Shown: positions 33,781 to 47,070 of the stretch, piece after piece
How the letters are laid out: each line of letters begins with the position of its first letter
Numbering within the stretch: the stretch's first letter is position 1
NCBI RefSeq assembly: GCF_009914755.1
Contig: NC_060932.1
From: the human T2T-CHM13v2.0 reference genome, Homo sapiens
Length of the DNA stretch: 64,000 nt
Strand: one strand, 5' to 3'
Notes under the pieces: generated by a model
What the model saw: the letters and a program-made list of their open reading frames with translations, nothing else
Databases searched by the model: none
What the model was told of the DNA's origin: nothing
Program-made: the position numbers and the translations under genes

Positions 33781-35233
33781 TGAAACATATAAGACTTCTT
33801 TCTGTCCTAAAAAAAAAAATCACCGTTGTAGAAAATGATAGAAACTGATGGACATAAGAAAGCAATCAGGATCTCGATTCTCAATGCCATGTGAAGAACC
33901 ACATGCTCTTTTGACATTTTAAGTAGAGATGTACATTTGGTTTCTGCAGATCCATTTCATAGCTCGGCTATGATTTCAGACTCATTACTCAAAAGCAAGG
34001 GTGTAGGATCAGGGGAGGGTGAACAAGTTAGGCAGAGGAATGAGCTGCTCTGTGAGGTGGTTTGCTCCACAGCCTTTCACTCCTTCTTCCCAACGTCTCA
34101 CAGTCATAAAAAAAAAAAAAAAAAAAAAAAAAAAGTAGGAGGGAGTGCCTATATCCAGTAGAATTGGAGACAAGTTAGGGACAGAGCTCAGAGAGCTGCT
34201 CCTGATGCGGAAGTGGCAAGAAAAGACGCTTCACCTCCCTGACAACAACACATCCACTGTGTGTAGCAATACGTTTCTGCCTAAGACAATTTACCCCCAG
34301 GGAAATACAAGAAGGGAGACATCTCCCAGGAAATTACCATTTGTTTCTACTACTGAAGGATTTTCGTCTATTTATTTGAGAAAAGTGAGAAGCTTCTTTT
34401 TGCTGAGAACATAGTAAATGCTGCAAAAGCATTTGATGTCATGTCCATTAAGTAACTTGGCTGAATTTCTTGAAGCTTTAGGTACCTTGCTTCAATTCCT
34501 GCATACTATTTACTGACCCTCTGTAACAGGACTTTTCAACTTTCAACTATATTAGAACATGTAGTTTCTCTATTACCAAGTTCCAGCTGAACAGTCTATC
34601 TTTAATATTCAGAAAGTGTTTGGTGTCTACTAGCCAAGACTGTAGTCTGAGCAATGACATTGACAGTGGACCTTGATCTTCCTTCCTTTGAAGCATAAGT
34701 GCCTTGTATCATTTTACTTTCCTCTAGTAGAAGTCCTTCCTATGGTTATAGTATTTAGTTTCTACTTTTTGCATTTAATCGGAGCATCTTTGTAATTTAC
34801 AATTTTTAAATCTTTTTTTTTCAAGGACTAAACACGAAGGTTTGAAGTCCAACAGGCAACTAAAGATGTATACAAACCCCGCACAAATCAGCCTCCATTC
34901 TAATGCCATTCCTCTTCTATACTTCCATTTTTTAAACCTGAGCATATATTTTGTTTTGAGTCTTTTCTTACTCTTTTATTTGTTAATACTCTTTATTCAG
35001 TTTTTGTCAGGTAAAAATGTTTTGCCTTGCCAAAGAACCATCTAATTCCTTCTCAGGTCTTTTTAATATATTGCTTCCAGATATTTTTGGATTGGTGGTT
35101 TCTGCAATTCTCCCTAAAACAATCTTCGTTTCTCTTACACATCTCATTCTCTACGCTTTGGCAGACTTTTGCAGATGCATTCTATAACTGCACAAATTAC
35201 CCTTCCAATTTTCTCCAGCTAAACAATCTAATC

Positions 35234-36148
35234 CAGGGTCCTAAATATTTTTGGTGCCATAGACTCCTTTGGCATTCCAGAGGTGCCCAGGGATTTTACT
35301 CAGGATAGTGTCTTTAAATGCATGTTTAAAATACATCAGATTACAAAGAATGTCAATTAAATTGAAAAATAGCTTAAATATTTTAATAATTGTGATATAG
35401 TAATAAATGAACTTCTTTAGGTGCATTAAGTAACAAGATCTACTAACAGGGCTAATAACTTATTATTTCAGTATGTCTGTGGTTTCTATTGGTGACAAAA
35501 ATCACAAGTACTGTTAATATTTTTGTTTTATTTTGTTTAAAATTATTTAAATTTTAATTAATAAAACATATATATGTATATTTATGGTGTACAGCACATT
35601 GCTATATGTATACATTGTGGCATGGCTGAATCAAAGTAATTAACATATGCATTAGCTCACATAGTTATTTTTTGTGGTGAGACTGCTTAAAATTCACTCT
35701 CCTAGCAATTTTTGACTGTGTGCTGCATTGTTTTTTTAACTATAGTTAGCATTTTGTAAATAGTCCTCTTAGAATTATTCCCCCAATTGAAGTTGTGTGC
35801 CCTTTCACCAACATCTCTGCATTTTCTCCTTCCACCACTCTCTGTCCTGAGTAACCACCATTCTATTCTCTGCTTCTATGAGTTCAGCTTTCTTAGATTC
35901 CACATGTAAGTGAGATTATGTGGTATTTGTCTTCTGTGCTTAGCTTCTTTCACTTAATGTAATGGTGCTGTTCATATTACTGTGGTTTTGGTGCCTACAT
36001 TCAAACTCAGTGGAAATTCTAATTTGCAGTTAGTTTTTCAGAAAGAAGAAATGTGTGAATAGTTTCTTATGGTCCAAGCCCTTGGATCCTCTGTATTTTA
36101 TCCACAGATGCTTGGGAGGATCTCTAGATCCCAGATTAAGAACTCCAG
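35234..36148. mobile_element. hAT-Charlie-like non-autonomous DNA transposon, interrupted by an L1
   Basis: CAGGG... left end and ...TTAAGAACTCC right end; internal sequence resembles Charlie-derived MERs from memory. Confidence 0.45.
35522..35964 (-). mobile_element. L1MA-like 3' fragment
   Basis: AACCACCATTCTATTCTCTGCTTCTATGAGTTC...GATTCCACATGTAAGTGAGAT. Degenerate TSD GTACTGTTAATATT / GTGCTGTTCATATT. Confidence 0.8.
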
Positions 36149-37175
36149 CTAGTTATTAGTCCTTTGTGCTTTGAAACTCAAATCAAATACCCATCTCTTC
36201 CATAGAATTTTTTCTAAATTCACTAGACTCACTTATCTACCCTTCTTCCTATAGTTTCATTCACTCTCTGTTATGAAATATCCATTTATTATCACTATTA
36301 GTTTTTCTGTATTGCTCTCTTCTTTGTAAATATCTCTATACTTTATTCTCTTTTATTTCCTTTGTATCCAGGACAGTGTCTGGCATATGCAGGCACACAA
36401 TAAATACTTGTTTAATAAGTGAATTAAAACTCTAGACAGCTTCTGGTAAGTTTTTCCAGGTTACCAGTAATACAAAGACCTGAATGTTATTTATTCACTT
36501 CTACAAGGGGCACAGTGTCCAAGTCCTGACCTTTAATAAGAGATGTGCTTCCAGCAGTGTCTTCTTGGCATAGTCTTAACCTTTTATTCTGCCCTGGTGC
36601 ACACTTAATCTCTCATGAAGTCACAGCTATTGATTTATAACTGAATCTTCAAGATATTTTAATACTTTATAAACATACAAACAACAATTAATTGCATTGT
36701 TAGATAAAAATGTATTACAGAGATCACCAGCACAAAAATAAGTATTTCTATTTATAACTGAAAAAAAAACTGGCAATGGAATATTAGTTGTTTACAAGGC
36801 AAGTATTCTGAATAATGTGCTGGGAGATTATAAATAACCTTAACTAACAGTAAAAAAAATTGTGCTTACAGAAAAAAATTATTTGAGTTAGTCTAAATGT
36901 ATTAAACTTATCAGTAAGTAGCATGAATTAACTACTATTCAAGTGTAAAATTCTACTTCCATATTATCTAATTCAGTTCCATATGAAGTCAGCCAGCAAG
37001 GATCAGCTGAGGTTGGCTGTTGTGAGGTTTCAGCCATTATGAAAAAGAGGAGCTGGGCACAGCCTCTGATGAATAATAACATGGCATGGGTTCTGATAAT
37101 AAGCACAGAGAATCAGAAAGGAAAAAACACAGAGAGGAGTATGGAGAACTGGAACCTGTGGAAAATGATACACAA

Positions 37176-37467
37176 TTTTTTTTTTTCTACAGAGTCTCGC
37201 TCTGTCACCCAGGTTGGAATACAGTGGTGGGATCTCGGCTCACCACAACCTCTGCCTCCTGGGTTCAAGCAACTCTCCTGCATCAGCCTCCTGAGTAGCT
37301 GGGATTACAGGCATGCGCCACCATACCCAGCTAATTTTTGTATTTTTAGTAGAGACAGAGTTTCACCATGTTGGCCAGGCTGGTCTCCAACTCCTGACCT
37401 CAGGTGATATGCCTGCCTCAGCCTCCCAAAGTGCTGGGATTAGAGGCATAAGCCACTGCACCTGGCC
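37176..37467 (-). mobile_element. AluS
   Basis: Antisense dimer ending CACTGCACCTGGCC. Confidence 0.92.
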
Positions 37468-40188
37468 CCACAGGCTTCACAGTCAGTAGGCCCAAAGGAA
37501 GTCTGGTGTGGTCGATCAAGAATCCAGCTAATTCTCGCACTCTCACTGTCTCTCTCTTTCTCTCACCTTCCACTGACCTCTCTTCCCTCCTATTTTGTCT
37601 TGGGAAAAGGCAGGTGATTACAAAATTCTTCTAATTATGTATTTTAATTAATATAAAATCTTTACAAAACAGTGTTAATACCAGCCCACTATGGTTTATA
37701 TTTTTTGCTGTGAAAAAAAAATCTCCTATGCTTTAGCAATACTTTTTAGGCAGAGAGTCATCAAAATAAAAGAGTATCAGTATTGCTGAAGTAGGTCATT
37801 CCTGCTTTACTTTAAAAAATTTCAAAACGTTTCATTTTTCCTCCGTAAAATTTATTTCTATCAAGGAAATGGGGAGAGAAAAATTACAATGAAAAACTGT
37901 GAGGATAAATGAGGTCATATGCCTATGAAATATTTGGAAAAGAATTATAATTATCAACTTGTTCATTTTTAATACCATAGTTAGATTTCTCATTTTAAAA
38001 GGGGAAGGAAAGAACTCCATTACATTCTAGGGATTCTAGGCAAGATAAGTTTCCATCACAGTTGCTGGATGGTGGAGCTGGGCTGGTATGACATTCTTTC
38101 CTTGTAGAACGTGCGTTCTAACTGAAGACTAGCCCTTTATTAGAAATGCACATTGAGAAGACAGGGGATTTATGAGTCACAAAGGCCAAGATTTCTAACC
38201 TTGCTACATGTGGGGCGGGACTTTTCTATGCTCCCAAGGACTTAAGGTCAAGTCACTTTCTTCCTGTTCCCGTCTCCTTCTGTCTTCCTCTCTTTTTTGG
38301 TTCTAACCAGAAAATGTATTCCAATTTTTCTTTTCTTTTTCTGTTCAAGTCTTACAGCTCTGCCAAAGGCAAAATGCTGCAGGGATTAGAAAGATGAAGC
38401 AGCTAAGTCAAATCGATAGTGACAGCCAGTGAACGCATGTAAATTTCAACAAGTGAACGTTCAGCATTGTCTCTGGGGCCTCCCACCAATATTAACATCA
38501 CTAAATTTTCTGATTTAACATTCTCACAAAACAGGAATCAACCAACCAAGTGCCAGCCACTAATAGCCTTCAGGTTAATAAATTTGGTCTTCATTAATCT
38601 CAAATTAGAGTCCTGGAGTAGACTTATGTTTGGGATAGGAGTGCCCATCCTACAAGAAGCTTATTACCCATAAATCAGGTAAGAGATAAGAAAACACTCC
38701 TCCAGGTCTCATTAGCCACTTCAGATAGGCTCTGCAGCTCTTTAATGTTCAGGTGGCATGTCCTTAGAAGATGAGCTGAGAATCAAAGCTCCTGATACAG
38801 GAAGAAGCCTAACTCAGCCCATCTCTCTTCTTGGGGCATTCACAATTATTTCCTTTAACCCTTGTGTAGTTTCAGTTGTGTTGATTCAAGTCATTATTTT
38901 CTTACACAACTAGGGTATATAGTTTAGAATGTGATAGAATCTTGGAAAAATAGCAATTCCCCATTATGTATACACACAATACACATACACACACACAGTA
39001 CTATATATGTATGTGTGTGTGTGTATATATAGATCACGTAAATATATATGATATATATAGATATATAGAGAGAGTACATGTACATATATGTGTATAATAT
39101 ATTCTTCACTTTCATTTTATTTGTCTTTATGATTTCAGGCAGTGGTATAAGAAGATAGAAATAGCATATGAGCACTTCACACAGTATCTGCTATAAAAGT
39201 TTATTTTGACACTTTACTTATAACTCCTTGAAAGTGATAAAATTTTCCTATTTTCCTGAAGGTACATTTAGACAAAAATCTCACAGCCTAATATTTTGAA
39301 GTGTTAGTTTTGCTGAGGCCAAACAAAATCAAGGCCCAGCATATACCCCGAATACATTCTCACTTACCATAAATTTATTATGAAATGGTATTGTGTTGAT
39401 AGGAGAGTTTTTGTTACAGCCTATAACATTTCAGGGATTTTGATAGACATGATTTCCAATGGGATAACATTTAAACTGAGATAGCTACTATTTTTTTTTA
39501 ATATATGTTTAGTTTTGTGAAAAAAAAAATAAGGAAAGCATCTGGTGATTGAACAAATATGTAGTAGAGCTAAAGACATTTTCCTTAAAAGAAATATACT
39601 TGTTTTATGCTTTAATGGTTAGAGCTGTTCCATTATAGTGTATCATCTATACTCTTCTGATTTTTATTACAAGTAGGGATACAACTTAAAGATTTAAAAG
39701 TCCTTCCCAAAGTATAAGCATGTGTTTAATTTTCAGAATGGCAGTGAGACTTACTTGCACATAAAGTTAAGATACCTAGGTTGTGGGCTTCCAAGGATAC
39801 TTCCTTGGGAAGTCTTTAGAAGTTGTTTTTAGTTAAGGACTTGGTAGCATCAAGGGAAGCCATGAGTGGTGAAATTCTCAGAGAGACTCTTCTTTCTGTG
39901 GTCCTGCCTTGTAGATGACATTCTGGAGACTTTTGTGTGTAAATGAATGATTGAAATTCCATAGTATATTTGTCATTTTTCCTAAGCCTGTTTACTCTGG
40001 GGAAAATCTTCTTTCATCCTTCTAAGTTCTTACTCCACACTCCCGTGGGTGCTCATGCATGTGTGCATGCGTACACACACAAACACACACAAATATGCAT
40101 GCACACATCTTCAGTACTTGAGGCATTAACCTGCAGAACCATAACACCGTGAATATAGCAGTAAAGGCAATTATTTCTGTAAACAGGT

Positions 40189-40288
40189 AACAGGGTGTAT
40201 TAATATTACTGTTAGTACCTCTGAATTCTTTCTTCCTTAATAGGATGTATTAATATTACCGTTATTACCTCTGAATTCTTTCTTCCTT
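40189..40288. repeat. 50-bp tandem duplication
   Basis: AA(C/T)AGG(G/A)TGTATTAATATTAC(T/C)GTTA(G/T)TACCTCTGAATTCTTTCTTCCTT, two copies. Confidence 0.92.
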
Positions 40289-41101
40289 CCCATCATGCTA
40301 GAGCCATCTTGAATATGACTTAAGAAGTGATCTTTACATTTTGCCTCTGTCTCAAACTAGGTTCTAGTGGCTATTAGGGGCTAGACCAAAGCTAAACTGA
40401 GAATAAGGTTACGATAGCACAATTGTTCATAGGTGGTCTCTCAAGACAACAGCATTGCAAAAGAAGGAATAATTGTTATGTTTATTTTACCTATGGGGGA
40501 AAAACAGTAGTCCGGGCAGTCTAAATGATGTGTCCACCATCATAGAATAATAGAGAGTGAAGCTGTAAGTATAATTCCGGTTGACTTTGTATCCAGTAAA
40601 ATGTTCATTCAACTTTTGTTCATCTCTCCTCTAGTCACACTTTGTCATGCATTGACTTCTTGGCCTGATCTCACCAGTGAAAACCCATGGGAACAGTTAA
40701 TAATTCCATGACTAAGGCTATTATAATCCTATAGCTACAGTTTCTCCAGTGAAATAATGAAAATTTCTTCATTAATTTATTATAAAAGTTACTGAGTTTA
40801 ATTGTATGCCATCCTGGATTTCTTACAGAAGTGATTCTTGATAATCCTAAGAAAATTCTTCTTCAGACAGATTTTCAAAATGTTTTTGTCTCTGCAATTA
40901 CTGTTCTGAGGTTAGATCTTATAGAAGTTACTCCATAAGAAGCCAAAGCATTTTCCTCAAAGTATAGTGGCTAATGGCTATGCTGTTACCAAAAGCTGTG
41001 ACAGAAAACCTCTGGCTATTAAACTCATATCTAATGCTATTTGGCCTAGCTATTATGTACAATTTGAGAAACTGATTTTTCTCTTCTAAAATGAAACACA
41101 A

Positions 41102-41434
41102 GGCCGTGTGCGGTGGCTCACGCCTGTAATCCCAACACTTTGGGAGGCTGAGGTGGGTGGTAATGAGGTCAGGGGATCGAGACCATCCTGGCTAACACAG
41201 TGAAACCCCATTTCACTAAAAATACAAAAATTAGCCAGGCGTGATGGTGGGCCCCTGTAGTCCCTGCTACTCAGGAGGCTGAGGCAGGAGAATGGCGTTA
41301 ACCCAGCTGGCGGAGTTTGCAGTAAGCCGAGATGGCGCCACTGCCCTCCAGCCTGGGTGACAGAGCGAGACTCCGTCTCAAAAAAAAAAAAAAAAGAAAA
41401 AAGAAAGAAAAAGAAAAAAAAAGAAAGAAAGAAA
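41102..41434 (+). mobile_element. AluY with (GAAAA/GAAA)n tail
   Basis: GATCGAGACCATCCTGGCTAACAC and GAGAATGGCGT are AluY diagnostics. Confidence 0.9.
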
Positions 41435-41514
41435 TGATTCGCATTGTAGGGTCATGAATTTCAACACATATTACAGTTCAGCCCCTTCTCTGCTGCTGGT
41501 GGCACACTGGAGAT

Positions 41515-41673
41515 GTGGAGATGCAGATTCTCACCACACAAAGTGGGGTCCGTCCTGGAAGCTTGTAAGAAAAGCAGAATCTCAGGCCCTACCTAGAACC
41601 TACTGAATTAGAATCTGTGTTTTAACAAGATCTCTTGGAGATTCAGAGGTACAGTAAAGTTTGAGAAGCACAG
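41515..41673. mobile_element. MER5A-like hAT MITE
   Basis: GCAGAATCTCAGGCCCTACCTAGAACCTACTGAATTAGAATCTG...TAAAGTTTGAGAAGCAC. Confidence 0.75.
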
Positions 41674-42989
41674 CTGGAAACTGTCTGAAGTCTGCTATGA
41701 TCATCTTAATCTTGGGAGCTGACTTAGCACAGTTTCTGCCTCTCCCAGCCCAGCCTCTCTGCCCTATTTAGGCTACTTCTGGAGAGTTCCACAGTCAGAA
41801 CCTTAGCTATTTCTGTGCCTGGTCTTTACCACACACAGGTCCAAAGATGCCCAGGAAAGCTAAATCATAGACTTCCCCCTACTGAGCATGTTGGGCTGCC
41901 TGCAGTCTCTCCCTTTATCATAGGTTGGCCCTCTTTCCACATTGCCATGCAGCTTTGAATGACTGAATGTTCAAATTTTTCACAGTGTTTTCATTGCTTA
42001 ACAGGACATCCATGGCTGTAATTTTTCAGTGAAGCATAGAATGTGTTAATTAAAGTGGCAATGGAATTGGGACAGGTTGAATATTAAATGTCACTTCTAT
42101 TGTGAATACCATCATGCTCTTAACATTTTTATTTTGTTTTCATGAAGACTTAGTAAGGGTTAAAAGTGGGCGCATTAGTGAGCTGGTATTTGCCTGCCCA
42201 CCAATGCTGATTTTGATTTCCATGGCGTAGTTCTTTGGGGTCAGCATGCATGGTGTGTTAAATGTTACCGGGGACCTGAGGAATAGGAGAGCCCTTTCCT
42301 TATGACACTTAATCCTGAATTATTTATCTAAATAATTAAGGGCAAGCATTTTTAACTTCGTTAACCTATAGTTTCTGAATAAAAGAGTTATTGAGAGCTC
42401 TGACTCAAGGACAAATGACAAAAGATGATCCCTGGAGTCAGGGCATCACCCTCCATAAGTCTCACTGGAGGTTTGCTTCCTGCACAAGGAGACATGTCTG
42501 TGATTTGTGAGGCATTCATCTTGTTTCACAAGACTTTATGCTGCACTTAGGCTAAAGTCACTGCCGAATAAGTCACTTCACTATCAAGAAAGAAGGGGAT
42601 GGCTTTTCTGGGGGAGCAGAGGCATATTAAGGTAGAGGAGGGGTGGCGCAAAGCAGTCCAGCCAAGAAAAAAAAAAAATCTTACTAACAGGCTTAGAATT
42701 ACCAGCACATGTTGATAGCAGAAAGCAGATTGGCTTTTAGCCAGTTTTATTCTTGTTTTTAAATCTCTAAAGACAACGTACCCACTTAGTGCCTGCACTT
42801 GGGGCAACATGCTCCCACTCCCACCTCCTCCTTGGTATGCCAGTGCAGAGGAGTTTGTTCACACATTTAAGATATTACATAAAATACATCTCTGAAGGTC
42901 GACACTCTCAGGGAAGAGCAAGAAATGACTGGAGCATCTTAGCTGCAAGATAATGTCTTATTCAGATATCTTTACTCTAGGATTATAGA

Positions 42990-43298
<309 letters not shown>

Positions 43299-43646
43299 TG
43301 ACACTCAGATTACTTTGGCTGGTCTAGTAGGCAAATAATGACAAGACATGCTCCTGCCAAAGATGTCCATGGCCTAATCTCCAGAACCTGTGAGAATATG
43401 CTACATTGCATGGCGAAGGGGAAGGGAGACTGCAGATGGAATTAAAATAGCTAATCAGCAGATAGGAAGATCATCCTGGTTTATCCATGTGGACCCAATG
43501 TATTCCAAGGAGTCTTTAAAAGTGGAAGAGGGAGGCAGAAGAAGAGAGACAGAGTAAGATGTGACTAAGGAAGAATGGTTAAAGAAATGTCGCTGGTATC
43601 AGAGACAAGAGGAGGAGGCCGTGTGCTTCCTCTTCATGTGGGCTAT

Positions 43647-43899
43647 GCATATTCTCACTCATAGGTGGGACTTGAACAATGAGAACACATGGACACAGGA
43701 AGGGGAACATCACACTCTGGGGACTGTTGTGGGGTGGGGGGAGGAGGAGGGATAGCATTAGGAGATATACCTAATGCTAAATGATGAGTTAATGGGTGCA
43801 GCACACCAGCATGGCACATGTATACATATGTAACTAACCTGCACATTGTGCATATATACCCTAAAACTTAAAGTATAATAATAATAAAATTAAAAAAAA
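43647..43899 (+). mobile_element. Short L1PA2/3-like 3' end
   Basis: GCATATTCTCACTCATAGGTGGG...CACACTCTGGGGACTG...TAAAACTTAAAGTATAATAAT plus tail. Confidence 0.93.
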
Positions 43900-44031
43900 G
43901 TCAAGGAAGTGAATTAGAGGTCCCTAGAACCTCCAAAAAGTAATGCAACCCTGGATGGCATCTTGATATTAGCCTGGGGAGACCTGTGTCAAACTTCTAT
44001 CCTGTAGAACTGTAAGATAACCTGTGTTTTT

Positions 44032-44286
44032 CTTGTAAAAGATTTCAACATTTGCTTTAGATTCAGGGGGTTACATGTACAGGTTTGTTACATGGCATCA
44101 CCTAGATAGTGAGCTAGTACCCAGTAGGTAGTTTTCCTGCTTTTGCCCCCTTCCGTCTTCCCCCTCAGTAGTCCCCAGTGTCTGTTGTTCCCATCTTTAT
44201 GTTCATGTGTATCCAATGTTTAGCTCCCACTTATAAGTGAGAACATGTAGTATTTGATTTTCTGTTTCTGTGTTAATTTGCTTATC
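44032..44286 (-). mobile_element. Older primate L1 3' fragment
   Basis: Antisense 3'UTR (CAGGTTTGTTACATGG...CCCACTTATAAGTGAGAACATG). TSD AACCTGTGTTTTT at 44019-44031 and 44287-44299. Confidence 0.88.
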
Positions 44287-46006
44287 AACCTGTGTTTTTA
44301 AGCCTTTATGGTAATTACTTATGGAGCAATAGAAAACTAGCACAATAGATAAAGTCAAAATTGGTATGGTATGTAGAACCTAACAGAGCACGGTCCTGGC
44401 TCCACATCTGATTAGTAATGTGCAATTGGTAAATTTCTTTAGCCTTATTATCCTTATCTGTAGAATGGACATAATAATATTTACCTTATGGGGTTAAGAG
44501 AGAATGAAATAAGAAAGCAACTATAAAATGTCTGGGATAATGCCTATCAGGGTGGGGCTGCCCAAAGATACTAAATTTGATTTTATTTCTTTCCTCTTAT
44601 ACAATTTGGTGGCCCTCTTAGTGAGTGGCCCCATATCGTTAAGGCTTACTGCTAACTGGCCCCCCTGAGTCCTTAGAAATATCACCACATTTATTGATAT
44701 TTCACTGTGTTCCTCTGAGAACCTCATTTGGCCATATAGTCTTCTACCAATCACTGGAGTTTTCATTAGTGCTAGATTGGCATTAGACACATGGTTATAG
44801 AAGGATCTAGTAGATTATTATTTTGTAGGAGACATCATCAGTGCTCATGTTAAATGAATGATACATTCTGTTGAATTATAAACTGCCTCTCCTACACCTT
44901 TGTCTTTGTACATTTCAGTCCTTCTTCTCTATTCAAAACTGACCAAGTAAATCAGTTGGGAAGAATACAGTAATTTATTTGAATAAACATTTGTCAACAT
45001 TGTTTAGGAAAATAAGTTACAAATTGACTGTATCATCATGTTCCTGCACTAAGAAAGCATTAGGAGTCTGCCTAAATCCTTTTATCAAAATGTATTATTA
45101 TTATTATTATTATTATTAATTTTTTTCTATTTACTCTTTCTTTTTTAAAAAATTGCTCTCCTCTAGATATTTTTTCTGCCACTCTTTATAATAAAGGAGA
45201 CAATATTTCTAACTGCCCAACAGACTTCAAGATGATCTTGACAGCCTCTGTAGCCAAATTATCATATTAATTTGATCTCAGCAACACTTCTGGTTCACTC
45301 TGTTCTGTACTCAAATCCAAATCCTGAGCTTTTTCTTGAGCAAATAAAGGCAACAGCTGTGAGGTCCCAGTTCATCTTTCCGGTTTTACCCATACAACAA
45401 CAGGCTGTGCAAAGTTGTGAGCAATTCACACATAGTGCTCTCAACTCTATTTTTATTAAGTACTCTGAAGAGCAAGCAATCTTCAAACTCCTATAAAATT
45501 TCATGACCAAAACAGCTATCGGGATGGTGTTTCCCTTGAAATGTCTCTATGAGTACAGACATTTATTATTCTAGGCTTCCTGATAATCCTTATTAGTGGA
45601 TACCAGAACTGTGATTTTACCGTATTTGCAACCTAATGAGTAAGTCTACCACATGAATGCTGGCAGAAGATACAAGATTCCTGGGTCAGAGATGAAGGAT
45701 AGTTTATTGCTACAGGATAGCAGAATACCAGCATTTATGCCAGTCCCTAAAATTTAAGTCCCATGGGGCAAAGGGAAGAGGGCCAGACAATGCCTGCAGA
45801 TGTAATAGGGGAGAGTTGAGTTTAGGGTACCCCCAAATTTTATAATAGGCAGTACTTTGGTCCAGATAAAGACATGTTTTTTATACTGGATAGTAGACAA
45901 ACATCCATTTGCTCCAGTTGGAGACAATACTTCTGTCTTCCCATAGATGTTCACTGTGCAAACAATTCTTGAAACAATTGCCTGGAACAAAGTTATCAGT
46001 TATTAG

Positions 46007-46298
<292 letters not shown>

Positions 46299-46996
46299 CA
46301 AAGTTATTAGATCTTCTGTTCACAAGATACACAGAAATGTGAGAGGCCATAACAAGTTGTCACCCTACAATGAGTTTCTTAGATGTAAATCGACTCTTCC
46401 CTTCCTATGTTGGTAAGAATTGTGCCATATGAAACATCATCATAGGCATATGTAATGTTAAGCTTTTTTGCCGTAAGAGAAAATTTTTCCTTGCTTCCTT
46501 AGCAGAATACAGGCTTCAGTTATGTGATCAACCTGTTTGGATCTGCTAGGTTAAACTATAAATGCATTTTTAAAAATACTACAGATATTTCACTGGACAG
46601 GAAATGGGGATGGGGAAGACAGAGGAGAGAGTGTATGGCCTGGTAACAAAGCATTACCCTTTCTGTTGCACACTGCTGCCCATTTTAATGTTGGCCAGCA
46701 GCCAGGACAAAGAGCCAAGGCAGCTCCAAAGGATCTCAGAGTTGGAGGCAAGAGAGAGTCAAGGAAGCTCCCACATGCTGAAATGTCAAACCTAAGCAGA
46801 CCTGGCCTCAGAGTACAACACAATCAGATCTTCCACCATCAGAGTCATTGATAGCCACACTGGCTCCCTTGCTGTTTCTGGAGCACAGCAGACATGGACC
46901 CACTTCAGGTCCTTTCTGCTGGCTCTGGTCTGTCATAGGTACACTCCTTCACCTGATCACCCAGGGATCGCTTTCTTATTTCCTTCAAGCCTTCTT

Positions 46997-47070
46997 CATC
47001 CAAGTACTGACCAGGCCTCACACTGCTTAGCTTCCGAGATCAGCTGAGATCAAGCACGTTCAGGGTGATA
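46997..47070 (-). pseudogene. 5S rRNA pseudogene fragment (~nt 12-85 of 5S)
   Basis: CATCCAAGTACTGACCAGGCC...CTGCTTAGCTTCCGAGATCAG...GTTCAGGGTG is the reverse complement of human 5S rRNA, covering box A and the internal control region. Confidence 0.93.

Larger units (their letters stand above)
43323..44344 (+). mobile_element. MaLR solo LTR (MLT1D/E-like) interrupted by two L1 fragments
   Basis: CCAAAGATGTCCATGGCCTAATCTCCAGAACCTGTGA...AGAACTGTAAGATAA...GCAATAGAAAACTAGCACA. Confidence 0.8.

Noticed and set aside
46997-47070. Functional 5S rRNA gene
   Set aside because: It lacks both the 5' ~11 nt and the 3' ~35 nt, has no Pol III terminator, and is diverged; it is a pseudogene.
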